Below, one piece after another: positions 24,711 to 38,552 of a stretch of 64,000 bases of DNA. The notes beneath the pieces were generated by a model, which saw nothing but the letters and a program-made list of their open reading frames with translations, searched no databases and had not been told where the DNA came from. The stretch spans positions 270,302 to 334,301 of the forward strand of contig NMRA01000100.1 of the NCBI GenBank assembly GCA_002633005.1. The letters are read 5' to 3'. The translations under genes were made by a program, and so were the position numbers. This DNA comes from Phoronis australis. Lineage: Eukaryota > Animalia > Phoronida. How positions within the stretch are numbered: the first letter of the stretch is position 1; every line of letters starts with the position of its first letter.

Positions 24711-25879
24711 TTAACTTCTTCTAAACTTGATGAACTTACAAGCACCTGTATTCATCGTAACACCTGTGTCCAATTACAAGAACTTTGAATACATGTACAC
24801 TAATATAATTATGATATGGTTTATGTGGCAGTGGGCCAGCGCCTCCTACGGGCAAGACCAAAAACGTCGTTGGTGTGTCGCTTTGAGGGGCCAAGTAGAC
24901 ATTTTCCTTCATAAATCATAGTTGGACGCATTAATACATCCGAGATCCACTAGTGCAACATATGTGCTATTATTTCTTACCCTATTAACATATAGAAAGT
25001 ATAAAACCCAATAATGTGCTTACGGTCAACACATGCTTTCAATGCCGACTTTACTTACTGACGTAGAAATCAAATAAAGCCTATAATAGCCCGACTTCAC
25101 ACTTTACTAACGTGTATAAAAGTTTTGGGACTTTAAACTGCACTTGAAGGTAGAATGTCGATAATATTGATTATTACACTACGAATTTCATTACAACCAA
25201 TTAAACAAATTATATACCCTTGAACCGCGAACTTTTATAAATGCAACTTTCTACTGACGATTCATAAACCAACTAGTTTCAATTGGAACTCAAACGCAGC
25301 AGTATACTTCAAATAAACGAGCGTAACCGGGTATTTTGACAGCATCAAACAGATCTGAGTATTTATTGTGCGGTAATGCAACATCTAAGAATCCCTCTGC
25401 AGGGGCAAACGGCAAACTAAGGGTGGTTTGCACAACTATTACTACTGATCAGAACCCTTACCACCCTCCACCCCCCCCCCCTCCCCCACTAAAAACACCA
25501 CGAACCATAAAAACTCTTACCACTCACAGTGAATCCTTACCACGGACGCTAGACGACAACCAGTCACAGAGCAACTTACCGCGGACAAACAGGGAAATGC
25601 GCTACCTGGTGGCCAGAGGTCAATTCTTTTTTGTAAAGAAAATTGATTTAATCACCGTTATTTGGCTTCAGTTTTACAGACTTATAGAACAATGTCATTA
25701 CTTAAAGCCACTATAAACCATTCTCTTGTGGTGATAAAAACAACTTTCTTCAGAGACGTGTTTAAACTTCGAAAGTTACGGCATCGCAAGCAAAACATGT
25801 GTACATGCGCCATTTTCGAATCGCGATTTCAGGGTTAGGCAACCCTAAACAATTCTCAAGCGTTTTCTTTAGTACCCCA

Positions 25880-26151
25880 AGCCCCCTATGGCGCACCGCC
25901 CATGAGAAAGCGCGGGTTTATTCCACCTTGGTTTTAGATTAGAAGCATCACTTTAGGCGTTGCTGTACGATCCAAGGCCAGATTGAAAATCATGGGTGGC
26001 GCAGCACTGAAAAAAGTGGGGGGCTAAAGCCCCTTCAGCCCCCCTGTGGTGCACCGCCTATAGACCATGTGCGGTGAAGTACTGAAGTACTGAAAAAGTG
26101 GGGGGTCTATAGCTCCCCCCCCCCCCAGCCCCCTATGGTGCGCCGCCCATG
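25880..26151. repeat. Cluster of GC-rich MITE ends (gccccctatggtgcgccgcccatg x3)
   Basis: Three related copies. Similar sequence occurs at 48190-48330. Confidence 0.55.
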
Positions 26152-26429
26152 TTCGCCATTCTGCAATGTATTGATATGCTATGATTCGAACACAGTAACG
26201 ACTTAGACACTGGGTCCCGCACTTCGGCCACTTCCACTAAAATTGTCGGCGGTAAGATTGCGTTAGTGTGGTTGGAATTTAGTTTCCGCGGTAAGGGTAA
26301 TACCCGTTGTAAAGAGTTTGTTTCCCCAGCTTGATGAGTGAGATCTCCCGTATTTTGACATTTCATAACCACGAGCACCACTCCTTGTCATGATGAGGCG
26401 CTTAATACTCAAAACAATTAAAACCCTCG

Positions 26430-26689
26430 TCATAAAGTGTTACACTTGTTGCCATCACAACCCTGCTTTAACAGGTTACTGCGACAGGTGTCGTCCACTT
26501 CGTCCTTGCTGGAAGTACTGCCGTCTTCAACGTAAGCCACTTGTTTCACTATTGAATCGCGTGAGTCGAAGTCGTCCGTATGTCGCTGCACGACTGGCAC
26601 AGATACCATTAGCAGTCCAGAGATCACGATGACACAACCCCCGAAATAGAACGGAACATCAAAACTTCCGGTGAGTTCGGACAACCAGC
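26430..26689 (-). CDS. SLC16/monocarboxylate transporter-like gene, last coding exon
   Basis: Acceptor ttttcag|GC (phase 1). GWLSELTGSFDVPFYFGGCVIVISGLLM (TM12), ending at a TGA stop at 26430. Confidence 0.9.
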
Positions 26690-27490
26690 CTGAAAATGGA
26701 TGTACGAGTTAGTATTTGCGCAAGGCTCATTCTTCAACTAGACACCCATTCACTGCTATTGATAGTTCGCCTTTAAAGTTTACACAAGGCTAAACGGTGT
26801 TGCGGATGCTGAGCACCTCCGCAGGGCAACATTTAGGTATATATTGAACCAGCAAATACAATACCACAACACAAGCCAACATTAACATCGTTAAAGGTTA
26901 TGCAGGCTCCAAAATGTCCAAAATTGCCGGGCTAACTTCAGAATAACGTCTTTCAGAAATGGCTGATGAGATTCACACGAAACTTCTAGAGAATTCATGT
27001 TTTTGCACTGTACTCCAAAACGCTGTTCGGATTGTTTCTTTGCATTTTTCACATTTGCCTGAGAGCATATCTTGCGAGACACTGCGAGAGACAGTAGCAA
27101 CAGCTCTATTTATATCAACATATATTACAATGATTAATAAATTGGAAATTCAACTAAGAGACCTTCTATAAATGATTTTCTACCGCTATCAATAAGGTCC
27201 CGTTTATACATGTAAACATATGAAAAATAGAAAAATCAACAAAAATATACAAAAAAAGAAAAAGAGAAAAAAATGAGAGATGCTTGAAAAACACATTCAT
27301 TTGTTTTTCTTCCACAGTTTCTCGTCCCAAGTGTCTTGTACATTATTGTGTTAGTAGAAGCGCTCCCTGGTCAACACAATTTCGCATGGAATACTACTTT
27401 CAATAAGATACACGCAGCAAAATGTCATGGGAACAGAGGAGGACTAAACTAGTAAGCCTTTAAAAGATTACGTCACGTGTTTTTACTCAC

Positions 27491-28234
27491 CAGCAACAGG
27501 AGGTCCTATCATTGCTCCAGCTCCGTCAGCAAACATGATGTACCCAAATGCGCTAGTTAACTTATCAATGCCAACCATCTGCGTAGTAATGACAGCGAGA
27601 AGTCCCACTTGAAGGCCAAAAAAGAGTCCGTAACCTGCACTGAGTCCCGCCATGGCAACATACGAACAACTCAAAGGGAAAAGTCCCACAGCCAGACCAG
27701 AGACAATATTAGCAAAGATAAATATGTATAGTCTGTTACAATACTTTTGTGTGAATACTGATGATATCGAAGCTGTTAACCGTCCGAGCGTGTTGGCGAC
27801 GCCAATGACAGCCAAGAGAAACGCCGCGTTATCTTTGTCCACACGACAACTCTTAGCGTAGTCTGTGACTTGAACGAAAAATTGCAGAGACCCGATGTTC
27901 CACATAATGTTATTTAAAATGAAAATGATGAAGATGGGCTTGATGAGTAACGAAACGTCCAGCAGCTTATGAACAGATACTCGTTGCTCGCTGGAAACGT
28001 TTAAGGGGATCATCAGTGCACCGCACACGCACACGTGCAGAAATATTCCGCCGGTGATCAACAGTGCTCCTCGCCAATCATATATGTCAATCAACTTCTG
28101 AAGGCTGGGTCCCAGTATTAGACTGCCCACTCCGCAACCAGATACCGCAAATGACATTGCTATTCCAAGTTTCTTGTCGAAGTACATGCCGACCGTGACC
28201 ACGGAGGGAACGTACGCCATGCAGTAGGCGACGC
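27491..28234 (-). CDS. SLC16/monocarboxylate transporter-like gene, large internal exon (744 nt)
   Basis: aacag|GC ... G|gtgagt, phase 1-1. YVPSVVTVGMYFDKKLGIAMSFAVSGCGVG, YDWRGALLITGG, GVANTLGRL and GAMIGPPVAG are MCT/MFS hallmarks. Confidence 0.95.
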
Positions 28235-28482
28235 CTGTTAAGAAAAACAGAGCTTGAATTAAAAACGCAAGAAACGTAGAATCATGATTGTAAAGCACTG
28301 TCTACAAGCTGTTTTTGATAACTATCTCTCATGTAGAGCAGATGAGCTACATGTATGTGGCACTACTAGTCAAGCAATAGAATGAACACAAGAATGGTGA
28401 CTGCAATTGGTGTTATTTTTGGAAAATGAGAGCAGCAAAAGTTTACAGTAATGCATAGTATTGTTCGTGAGAGTTAAATGAT

Positions 28483-28895
28483 CAGGGCCCGGTCTCCAAT
28501 CCTTTTACTCGAAATGGAACTCGAAATTAGGTTTGGCATTTTCTGCTCTACTTTTGGGCGAACTCAAGATAAGTGTCTATTATTCTATGCTCGAGTACGC
28601 AATAACTTACGTACATGTAAATAATTTATTGCCCTTAGTTCACAGTTTGTAAACCCAATATTAAAGCAATAAGTTCGTGTTTGAACTCGAAATCTCGAGT
28701 TTTTACTCGAGTTTGTAGCACGAATATAAGGGTCTTCAAGGGCAAACTTGAACTAGAAACTCCTATGCATAAACTATAATGTATTTGAGGACAGTCTGAT
28801 AACTAATTATCTTAAGTTCGCACAAAAGGAGCAGAGAAATTGCCAAAAATAGTTTTGAGTTCGTTTCCAGTACAAAGATTAGAGACCGGGCCCTG
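28483..28895. mobile_element. Foldback MITE (~410 bp) in the MCT intron, copy 1
   Basis: TIRs cagggcccggtctc / gagaccgggccctg continue as imperfect inverted repeats for more than 100 bp. Flanked by at/at. Near-identical to 60280-60686. Confidence 0.9.
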
Positions 28896-30653
28896 ATATC
28901 GCATAATTCCAATCAGTCACGCCCCAAAACAACAATTACTCGTCGCCTATTTGTCGCGCATGGTACAGGTATTCCCGCTTTATTTCCAAAGAGTCTCGAA
29001 ATCTCTGCTGTCTCGCTATGAAAAATCGGTTTATCTAAAAATATGGTCTTACGTAGAGACTGGTTGCAGCGGGTAGGAAAGCACTCATACCTGCGCAGTT
29101 ATTGTGACAGACTCTCAGAGCATGCTGCGAAAAATCTAAAAGGGATATCTCAAACCCGAGTGGCTGCTGCATTTACAAAACAGTGGACTGAGAAAGCTGA
29201 CTTGGATATTCTCCCCTGGGCATGCCGGGGTCGCCGGACAACTTAGCGGGAAATGCACCGATACAGAGCGCCCTCAGATTGGGAGAGAGTGAGATTGTAG
29301 GAGCGCTTAGAGAGATGGAGCCACAGGAGAATGGAGATGCGATTGACAGAATGCAGCTGTTTGAATATGAGAGAGGCTGTGGTGCTGATAGTCGGTTACA
29401 TAGCCGGGCAAGACGACTGTGTAATCAGCAGTTGGTTAGAGTGGTTAGTCAAAGGAACTTGTCTGACTTGGTGACGTGTAAAGCCGAGCATCTATGGGTC
29501 TGCCCCGAGTGTGACGACGCTGGTTCTGCACCCAAGTAATACCCAAGTAAGTCAACGGTGTATTCTTTTCCTTCCGTTGGTATTTTCAGTTGATAGAAAT
29601 TGCGGAATTGACAATAGCCGCATGAACGCTCGCCGATTGCGGAAATTTTGGCAGAATGGAATTGTGCATTTATTCCGTTAAGCTTTTTTTCTCGAGTGAA
29701 CGGGCCTTGAGACAACGGTATATGCCCTAACTGAAAATCCAAAATATTGCACTGAACAATCATGGATACTCAGTTGCATGTACTATATTAAGAATATAAT
29801 ATAGGACTTAAATGACAAGTCTGTGCACTCATCCAAGTACCTGCAAATCTGTGAAATTTAACTCGGGGAAAGGTACATATTTTCTGAAAGAAAAACGACT
29901 GCCATCGATTGGGTCACGTGGCCGTGTCTTTTCAGTGAAATTTAGCAAAAAAATAAAGAGCGGCATGAATAATACAACCAAAGTCCGTTTGATGAAAATG
30001 TTTTTCAAGATGAAACCTCAAGACCGCTTTTACAATTTTCTAAATTATCATTTCGATATTGTACTACGCAGCTCTTGTTTTTTCAAGGAAATCACGAAGT
30101 ACTATCCTATTTTTAATACCCCCTAATCCAAAAGCGAAACATCTTAAAAACCATTCCTAACGGCGTTTTGAAGAACAATGCAAGAAACAAACTACTTGAA
30201 AGTTTCATAGCAGATCCGTTCTCATATTTATGAGATGCACCACTGCACATGTATCATGTTCCGAAGATAGCCAAATCTGGATTTTTTCCAGGGGCCTACT
30301 TGTCATCTATCATGTCACGCCATCCTACAGTGTTATTCAGCTCATTTTCACCTTTATCTAGTTTCTTTCAAACCTCTCATTCCTCCTGTATAATTATTCA
30401 CAATTTATTATTTATTCGTAATATTTATTTTCTTTGATTTTTAATTTGTGAATGGCCACCACGGGAATAAGTGTTTTAATTTTTGGTGTTATCCAGATAG
30501 TGTATATAATTATTTTAATAAATTTCTTGTACCTTGTACCTATCACTGTATAGATTATTGTAATTATGTATATTATAAAGTAAACTAATAATAGTACCTA
30601 ACCTGAAAACCATGAATTTATTAACTTTCATAATAGCATAATATTGTTCTCAC

Positions 30654-30797
30654 CAGTGACGATTCCAAAGGATACGCAGAGGAAATAGACATCGGTAGCG
30701 AAGGAGCTAATGACCAAACCAGCAGCACCAAGAATTCCGCCTGCTATTATGACTTTCCGTGCATCAAAGTAGTTGACGAGTAAGCTTACCAAAGGGC
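30654..30797 (-). CDS. SLC16/monocarboxylate transporter-like gene, 144-nt exon (not in the ORF track)
   Basis: gatag|GC ... G|gtgaga, phase 1-1. GPLVSLLVNYFDARKVIIAGGILGAAGLVISSFATDVYFLCVSFGIVTG. Confidence 0.92.
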
Positions 30798-33700
30798 CTA
30801 TCAAGTAAAATAAAATAGAACAACTGAACTCCTCTTTAGGGTCAAAGGGTTAACTTCCGAAAGGCCACTTTCCATAACAAGAGCAAAAAGTTGAAATGCT
30901 CTCGCGATTGCACAGCAATGTTTCGTGACCACTAGGGGGTGAAGAATATGTCGAACGCGTCTAAAAATGCGATGGCCTCGTTGTCTCCCCAAAGGTACTT
31001 GTAACAGCTGTTACATTTTACGTCATTGTTACAGACTTTGCTAAGCCTCTCCTAAATTGTGACAAGTTGTAGGCGTACTTTTTGTAAACGAGGGAGTTGA
31101 GATTTAAAATCTAGTTTAGATTTGCGCCACTTCAAAAATTGCTTATTTCTGAACTATCGGCAAGCACGCTATTGTTTGTAAATGTAACTGAATCTATCTG
31201 TAGATTGCCAAGAAAACTGAATTCAGACTAATCTTTTATTTGCGATTTACATCTAAACGTGAGGTAACCCACCGTGTTATCATTTTTTGTCTCCTGTTGA
31301 AAACGTTCCATTTCAAAGAACTGTGGCTCATTCCAAGATGATGTGTAAATTCAAAAATTGCGTTAAGTTGAACTCTGGAGGCAGACATTTTTGAGAACTA
31401 CCGACTAGTCGGCTATGGCTGCGGTCGCTGGGTTATTAGAATAGTTGGTACATACAAAACAAGCAACAATTTTATGTGGAATGGGCCCCAGTATTCTTAG
31501 AAAAGCACAGTGATTTAACTGAGTGTTTTGAACTAGGTTTCATTTGTAAGTGGATTGTATGGAACAAAAAACGGCCAACGTCGAAGTCAGCGATGTTTAA
31601 TATGTGCTTTTTATGCGGTGTATCAAAAGGATTAATAAACCAAATTGCCGTATCTGTTTACAACCACGCGTGTTGTTGACAGCGAGCTGCAACACAAAAA
31701 ATGGCGCCTCACGAGGCACGTGGCTTCACGTCCATTAAATTCTAGAATGCCCAACCTCTATCTTTATTTACATCTCCTTCGGACTAACAAACATTAACCA
31801 AATAGCTATTTCAATTGATATTTTATGTTAAAAGACAATAGAAAGAGAAAATGCATGTTTTTGTAGTCAGCTTTTTCGGTCTATTGCCCCTATAAACTAT
31901 CGACCTAGACCCGGTTTGAGCAAAATGATCACGTCCTTATTTCCCCAGCTAGGCCTCACATTTTTAGTTGTACACATGTCACGGTTTGATCTGTTGTGAC
32001 CACAACTATTTCAGACAGGTTTGACATCATAGAAACAATGACATTTCTTTCAGCTTTTAAGCTGTTTAAAACACGTTACTATGCCGCCAATGCCACCACT
32101 TTTTTAAACTATTGGCGTCCTTCTCAAAGGCGATCTTTTGCCGTTGCAGAGGGGAAATCTGTCAACCTCTCCGGAAATAAATTATGCGTGCATTTATATC
32201 CTTCCGCCACAATGTCTTTAAGAAATTGTCATTCGTAACTAAGGAGGTAGACAGAACCCATCGGCATCAGCAACTTTGGTCTTGCTCCTATTGTGTGGAG
32301 CATTACTGATGACTCCAAGGCAATAAGACACCGGCTGAAATAAATTAAAATATGATGTACTGCAACGAGTATTTTTTCTATCAAATTGGCTTCCGAAATT
32401 GAATTCTCCGTGACAAAAAATTGTTATTGTCGTCTGTTTCCGAAGAAATACCGATAAACATTAGCCAAAATACGATGTCACTGTTTCTGTTGTGTTGGCC
32501 AAGAGAAGTGTGTTTACTGTAATGTCGGATACAAAATTGGTTTATGATCTGTAAGCGCCAACAAAAAATTGCAAGAAAGGTTTAACAATAAAAACTTGTT
32601 ACCTGATCCTGGAAACTCCGTTCGTCTGGAGTTAAAACTGTGTAGGGTACATTTTTAACTAAATCAAGAAACTACTAATGTTAAAAAACAATGGAAAGAA
32701 CATAAGACTCATCTATAAATTCGAGTTGGCACATCTGATAGAATTTCATTCAAACAATCCGAGAAAAAAGGCGTTTAGTGAGTGATCCGTTTTTTCCGTG
32801 TGACAAATACGATGCTCATGAAATATGACGTCGCTTTCGTAAAATGTAATAATGGTACATTTCTCGCATGTGCATTCGACGTAAATTGAAACAATTATAT
32901 AATATATAACAGCTTGTTGCCTTTCATGAATTTATTACATTTTACGGCGTATCACAGCTCTCATAAAGCTCGGAAACCATTTCGTATGTAAAAAGAACAG
33001 TGTGAGTCCAGTTTCAAATTGTCGAATGATCTGCGCGAAACCCATTTTACACATGACGGATTTATAGCAGTTCAAAGCTGAATTTCGCCGTGTTTAGCAG
33101 GCTAAAACAAAAGAATTAGTGTTTTATTGTCACGTAATCCATCTCATAATATTCCTTACCGCGGTAGCAGTGCTGCAATGGGGCGTAGAAACACGTAGGC
33201 GCAGCCAACCACCTTTTGGCATTTGAACGTAGCGCTTACTCACCGTAAGTTACGTTCAGTGCTCAATGTGATACGACGGCTTTGGGCGCCTACTTACCTC
33301 TAATTTTACCACTACACCACTGCGCGGTAGGATTCTATTTTCGCTACCAACAAAAACATCGAAACCGTCAACGACACGAGAAAGCGCTTCAGAATGTGTT
33401 GGTGTTGACCAGCCCTGAAGTTGCGGAACGAAAATGGCGCATGTGACTTGAGCGGCTGTCTCATTCGGCATCAATTCAAGATAGGATGAGCGTGGTAGCG
33501 TTTTTAAACACCAAAGCGCTTCAGTTATGACTTCAACATTGATAGCTTAACAAGGTAGAAACGCAACTTTAAATCAAATAAAACTTGTTAAATAAAAACA
33601 CCGCCTCAAATGTACAGCATTTTTTAATAATCGCAACAGTAAGAGCTGACACCGTTAACACAGAATAAGCGCGGCTTTGCATGAAATAGAACCAAAAACT

Positions 33701-34586
33701 TTAATGAGGATTGTCTGGAAGGACGAGTAAAATCTCACACTTTTTATATTTATTTAGATCCAAGAACAGTCACGGTCATGTATTAAACAAATGTTGCTGT
33801 ACCGGTTTCATGGCGAAATATTAACTATATTATCAATGTATGGAGTATGTTAGAAGCGATTATGGTTACTGCAACGAGCAGTTATGAACGCGGTACAAAG
33901 TTCCGGTTGCAAATTTAGAAGCTCGTTTAACAGGTTATAGAGTCGGTGCGTCCAATTATGTCTCCCTGAAGGTGTCGGGTGCATTCGAGTCACATAACTA
34001 TAACACGTGCAAAATGCAAACATAGTTCAAATTCTGCTTCGTGTAGCCTTTCTGTCTGACAATTTACAGAAGAAAACATTATCGCTTAAAACTGCATTTC
34101 GACCCGGCCTACTGAGCTGGTTAAAACGAAAAAGGAATTAGAACTTTTACTCGCATAAAATCGGTCCCATATTATTCATTACCGTGATGGATGTATTTCC
34201 ATTGCTATCAAGAACATCGAAACACTCTCAGTCACGTATAAAAACGCTTCGGTGTTTATTGGGCCGCCAACTGTAAAAATTGCTGATAAGCATTGCCTTT
34301 GATTTAGTTGGTGGTGGAAATGGAATCATATTACTGTGTGGAATATGAAACCAATTTTGTGAGAATAAAAGACCTGATTCGGCTATCGTTTTTGGCCACC
34401 TAAACAGGCAAAATACAGCTTTAAGAAACGATTACTTGCTGATCACGTTACTATCAGTTTTCAGCAAAATAATAAACATTAGTACCCGCATGCAATAGCA
34501 TTTCAATCTTTTATCGTTGAACCTACTAAATGTAGAAAGAACAACAAGAACGGTGACACAGGGGACAACTGAGAACAAATGTTTAC

Positions 34587-34784
34587 CTGCACCAAACAGC
34601 AGACCTGTGTTCAGTGAACCAATCCATGCCGTGAGACTCTTGCCTGTGTTGAAATGGTCCATAAACGCCACATAATAGACCCCAAACGAGAACGGCAGAC
34701 CGAGACTGAGGACTTGACAGAAGAAGGAAGCCAACATGACAACCCATCCGTAGCCCCCATCAGGCGGTGGTCTTAGCTTTACTC
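34587..34784 (-). CDS. SLC16/monocarboxylate transporter-like gene, exon with TM1-2
   Basis: PPPDGGYGWVVMLASFFCQVLSLGLPFSFGVYY...TAWIGSL (MCT signature). Donor G|gtaaac. The 5' boundary is either the acceptor tttcatgttag (phase 1) or the in-frame ATG at 34791. Confidence 0.93.
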
Positions 34785-37700
34785 CTAACATGAAATAAAG
34801 AAATTGATAAATTATTTAGGTTTTGCTAGGCACGGAGCTGTAAAAAAAACTTTGCCGAAGTAATTCCGTGGCCTCCATATGATCATATGGGACAACAGCT
34901 GTGACGTGTTACCATGTGTTAATGCGCAATTAAAGGGCCGTCCCGGATAACACGGCTAAAGGACGCACCTTTGACCTGGAGGTAAAAAGGCACGTGACTT
35001 CGTTTCGGAAATCGAGCACATCGATTCGAGTGTCGCTGTATAAGCCGTCTGTTTGGCCCGTTTGATCACAGACAAGCGATTCATTATAAGTTCTATCACG
35101 GGGAAACGAATAAATGCATTTTAAGTAAGTCCAGATTTTATTCATTCACTCATTTTTACTTTTCAATGGCTAAATATGACTAGACCTCAAGTTGTGATGA
35201 CGTAATAACAAATCATAAAGTGTTCATTTTACCATCAGATCCGCTAATTATGATTCCTAAAAAGGGAAACGATAAAGGTGCCAGCGTTCTTCGTGAAATT
35301 GGTCAACGTATAAATGTGCTTCGGTAGTGGCAAATCGCCTGGTGACGTCGCATACCCACTGCCTTCGACACTTCTGTGTCTAGTTCAGTTTCCTGTGCCG
35401 TTATGGCAACGGGCCAGTCCAGGAGAAGCTACGATGGTCGAGAATTCTTTAAAATCGACTAATGCAAGTTTCATCGAGCTCCGTCAAATAGTCTGAGAGA
35501 TAAAGGGGACAAACAAGTAACTCCGGAAGAAAGATGAAGGGGGAGGGGGGCGGGGGGGGGCGTCAATAATATACGCTGACAACTGAAAATTTTGGCGGGG
35601 AATGAGAGCAGAAAAATAATGATTTCGACAAATTTTTGTTTGCCAAAGTTTCGCCTTTCGCTCTGGACAACAGAATAACCGAAACAATGAGTCTTGAACA
35701 CCAAAAAAGATTTAAAAGATACATAACCAATCTCTGAAAGCATTGTGAAGCGTTCTGAATGAGGAGCCTGAAGTCAACACTGTGAAATTATTGCTTATTA
35801 AATTGCTGGCTTATGATTACCTGCTTTATTACATGTATATGTTATGTAACGTACGTGATGATAACTGTGGGTTATTAGTATGTCGAGATACGTGATAAGC
35901 AAGCCGATTTAAACGAGGGCGAAGCCCCAGAATTTAAATCGGCTTTACTCATAAAGTAATCGCTGACACGTTTTCTCATTTAGTACACTACTGGTCCTGG
36001 TCAACAATCCGGACAAACACGAAAACCGAGACAGAAAGCACTTTTACGATGGTCAATCGACAAGTAACCCTAGTGAGCTCACCAATGGCTGATTTTTGTT
36101 AAAACGCATTTTTTGTGGAATGATAAAGATTATTGACGGCAAAAAGTCATTAACAGCAGTCATGGAAATAACACCTTTGAATCGATAACACGCACCGTCT
36201 CTAAAAGGTAAGTTTTTCCACGGTTAAAGTCACCCTCCATGGTCCATGACAATTAATTGTCAAATAATTTCCACCCGACATCGAGGGAATGGAAGAGGAG
36301 TGGGTGTCTAATAAACAAGTTGTAAATCAATCACTCGTCTTTTTCGCCAAAAATGCAATTGACATGACGTGATAAAATGCTAGTAAATCTATGTTTTCTT
36401 ACACAAAGAAGCTTGTAGACTGGAACATAGGTAACGTCGTCCTAATCATGCGAGTTTATTATCAGCCAAGACTAATACATGTATATTTAGAACTGTAGTG
36501 CGGGTTATAAAATTAGCCAAATGCGATAAAGACAACCCCAGTCCCCCAGCTGCTGTAACTGGCCGGGGGGTACTCCAATAGAAGCGATAGAAGCGGTATA
36601 CAGGACGTGCCGCTCACACGGGAGACTTCTTCACGACCACTGAGTTTCTCGGGACAACATAGTGTCCGTTCTTGTACTGTCTCAGGCTTAATCTGTTGAC
36701 AACTAATCCTAACGAAAGGGGTGTGTTTATGGAACAAAGCTACACGAAAGGGTAATTCTTACAAGGAAGGTGGTTGCAAACGTGTCCCTTTCTTGAATAA
36801 AGTCTCTAAATGTGTGGGAAAATAATTTCCCTGTTGCTCAGACCCCCTTAAAAATATGGTCGAGTATCCCCCGGGCTGCAAGCCTCAGGTCATCTATTCC
36901 AAATCCATGAAGCGCCAAAACGTGCTTAAACGAGTCAATGTAATTCTAGGTTGTTAACGCGTATGGGTTTTACACGTTAGCGCTTTAATCTATGGAATGA
37001 GCACAGCGTCACCTTGTGACGGTGCATTTATGACACGATGACAAGTCAATGACGCCGTCGGCCAGTAGTCGAATACGTATCGATGTTCTTAGGAGAACCA
37101 ATCAGTGTTAAGGTTATAAAAGTGTGTTGAATAAACCAATCAGATCGTCATGTTTGGACGTGATTGACATCGACAAAAGTGTTAGAAAAGATCGCCGGCC
37201 GCAAGTACAAAGCACGAAATAATTGTGCCACATAGGTGACCAACACGTGTTTAACTCTCTTCACACCTTATACAGCTATCCAAATGCATTCACCTAATCG
37301 ACTGTAGGCACCAGTAACCACCAGGAATGGCTCACTTCTCTAACTGTTGTTCAGTAATTCAGAAACGGGGCGGTACTTGACATGCTCAGGAATTTTTGAG
37401 TTATTCCTGACCTGCCTTATTGTATTCGAGGTGACGCTACGCAAGTTCCGTATCAATCTTGGCCTATATATGTATTGAGAACCACGTTAACGAGCTTCCT
37501 ACACGCGCACAGAATGTTGCGTGTCTGTTTTTGTTTAGAGTGACGGTAGTGTTCCCGGATCAAAATTCTATCAGATTGAGGTTGCGACATGTTTTACATG
37601 CAGTTATTCGTTGTCGTTTACACATTCCAGTAGAGGCCCAAACCAGTCATTAAATTTAAAATCGGCCAAATCAACGATAGTGAAGAAGCATACGCACTGG

Positions 37701-38082
37701 AAATTAATTTGAGTACAACCATGTTAGTTGGATATTCAACAGGGCATCATTTTTATGATTGATACAAAAAGGAAATGAAAAACAGATTGACAGCAGTCAT
37801 ATTAACTGTCTTCCNCCCCCCCCCCCCCCCCCATTAACGGGTCAGTCCAACGGTGTGCTCCTCTGGTGTCATTTCTCCGTCATTGCATTGTTTATGTCAA
37901 CTGCCGCATGACAACATGTTAGTAAGACAGCAACAGTAACTGCTTCTGTCTGTTTCTGAATAATATTCACTCAAAAATGAAAGGGCCCAGTTGCCACATT
38001 TCAGTAAAGCTGCGTACAAGTCTAAGTAATCTATCCCTTGTTGAACTCCGTGACCCACCAGCTATGGTCGCGTTAAATTGAT

Positions 38083-38552
38083 CTATCGCAAGCTCCGCCC
38101 ACTTGCCTAAAGTCGACAAACAAACAATAAGTTTTACCTGACGACGCGTTGTTTGACGGGTAAAATGGCGTCTTGGAAACGAAGGTGTGTCAAAAATGTT
38201 GCGTTCCGATTGGTCAGTTAAGTCGTCACTTAAAATCTTGGCGTGCGTTCAGTAGACGCTAGGACCTACGCTAGGACCTAGCTAAAACCTAGTCAAAGTC
38301 ACATGTTCTAATTTAAAATGCACGGCAATATCTCACGTAATCTCGTGAAGTCTTGCTTTTGAACGGGAGGCTGGCGGTAGATCAATTCACCTATCGCAAG
38401 CTCCGCCCGCTTGCATAATGTTGACTAACAAACAATAACTTTTACCCGGCAACGTGTTGTTTGTCAGGTAAAATGGCGGCTTGGAAACGAAGGTGTGTAA
38501 GGATGATAAGTTCTAAACGGTCAGTTAAGCCGTCACTCAAAATCCTGGCAAA
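38083..38552. repeat. Two diverged ~160-bp direct copies (about 308 bp apart) of the repeat also at 22215-22330
   Basis: ctatcgcaagctccgccc...taaaatggcg.cttggaaacgaaggtgtgt...ggtcagttaag.cgtcact starts at ~38083 and ~38391. Confidence 0.8.

Noticed and set aside
29043-29539. ORFs ending in WVCPEC (PHD-like)
   Set aside because: Too fragmentary to assign. Probably decayed transposon coding sequence inside the MCT intron.
37090-37145. Two CCAAT boxes with a TATA-like motif
   Set aside because: No associated + strand gene. Such motifs are common inside local repeats.
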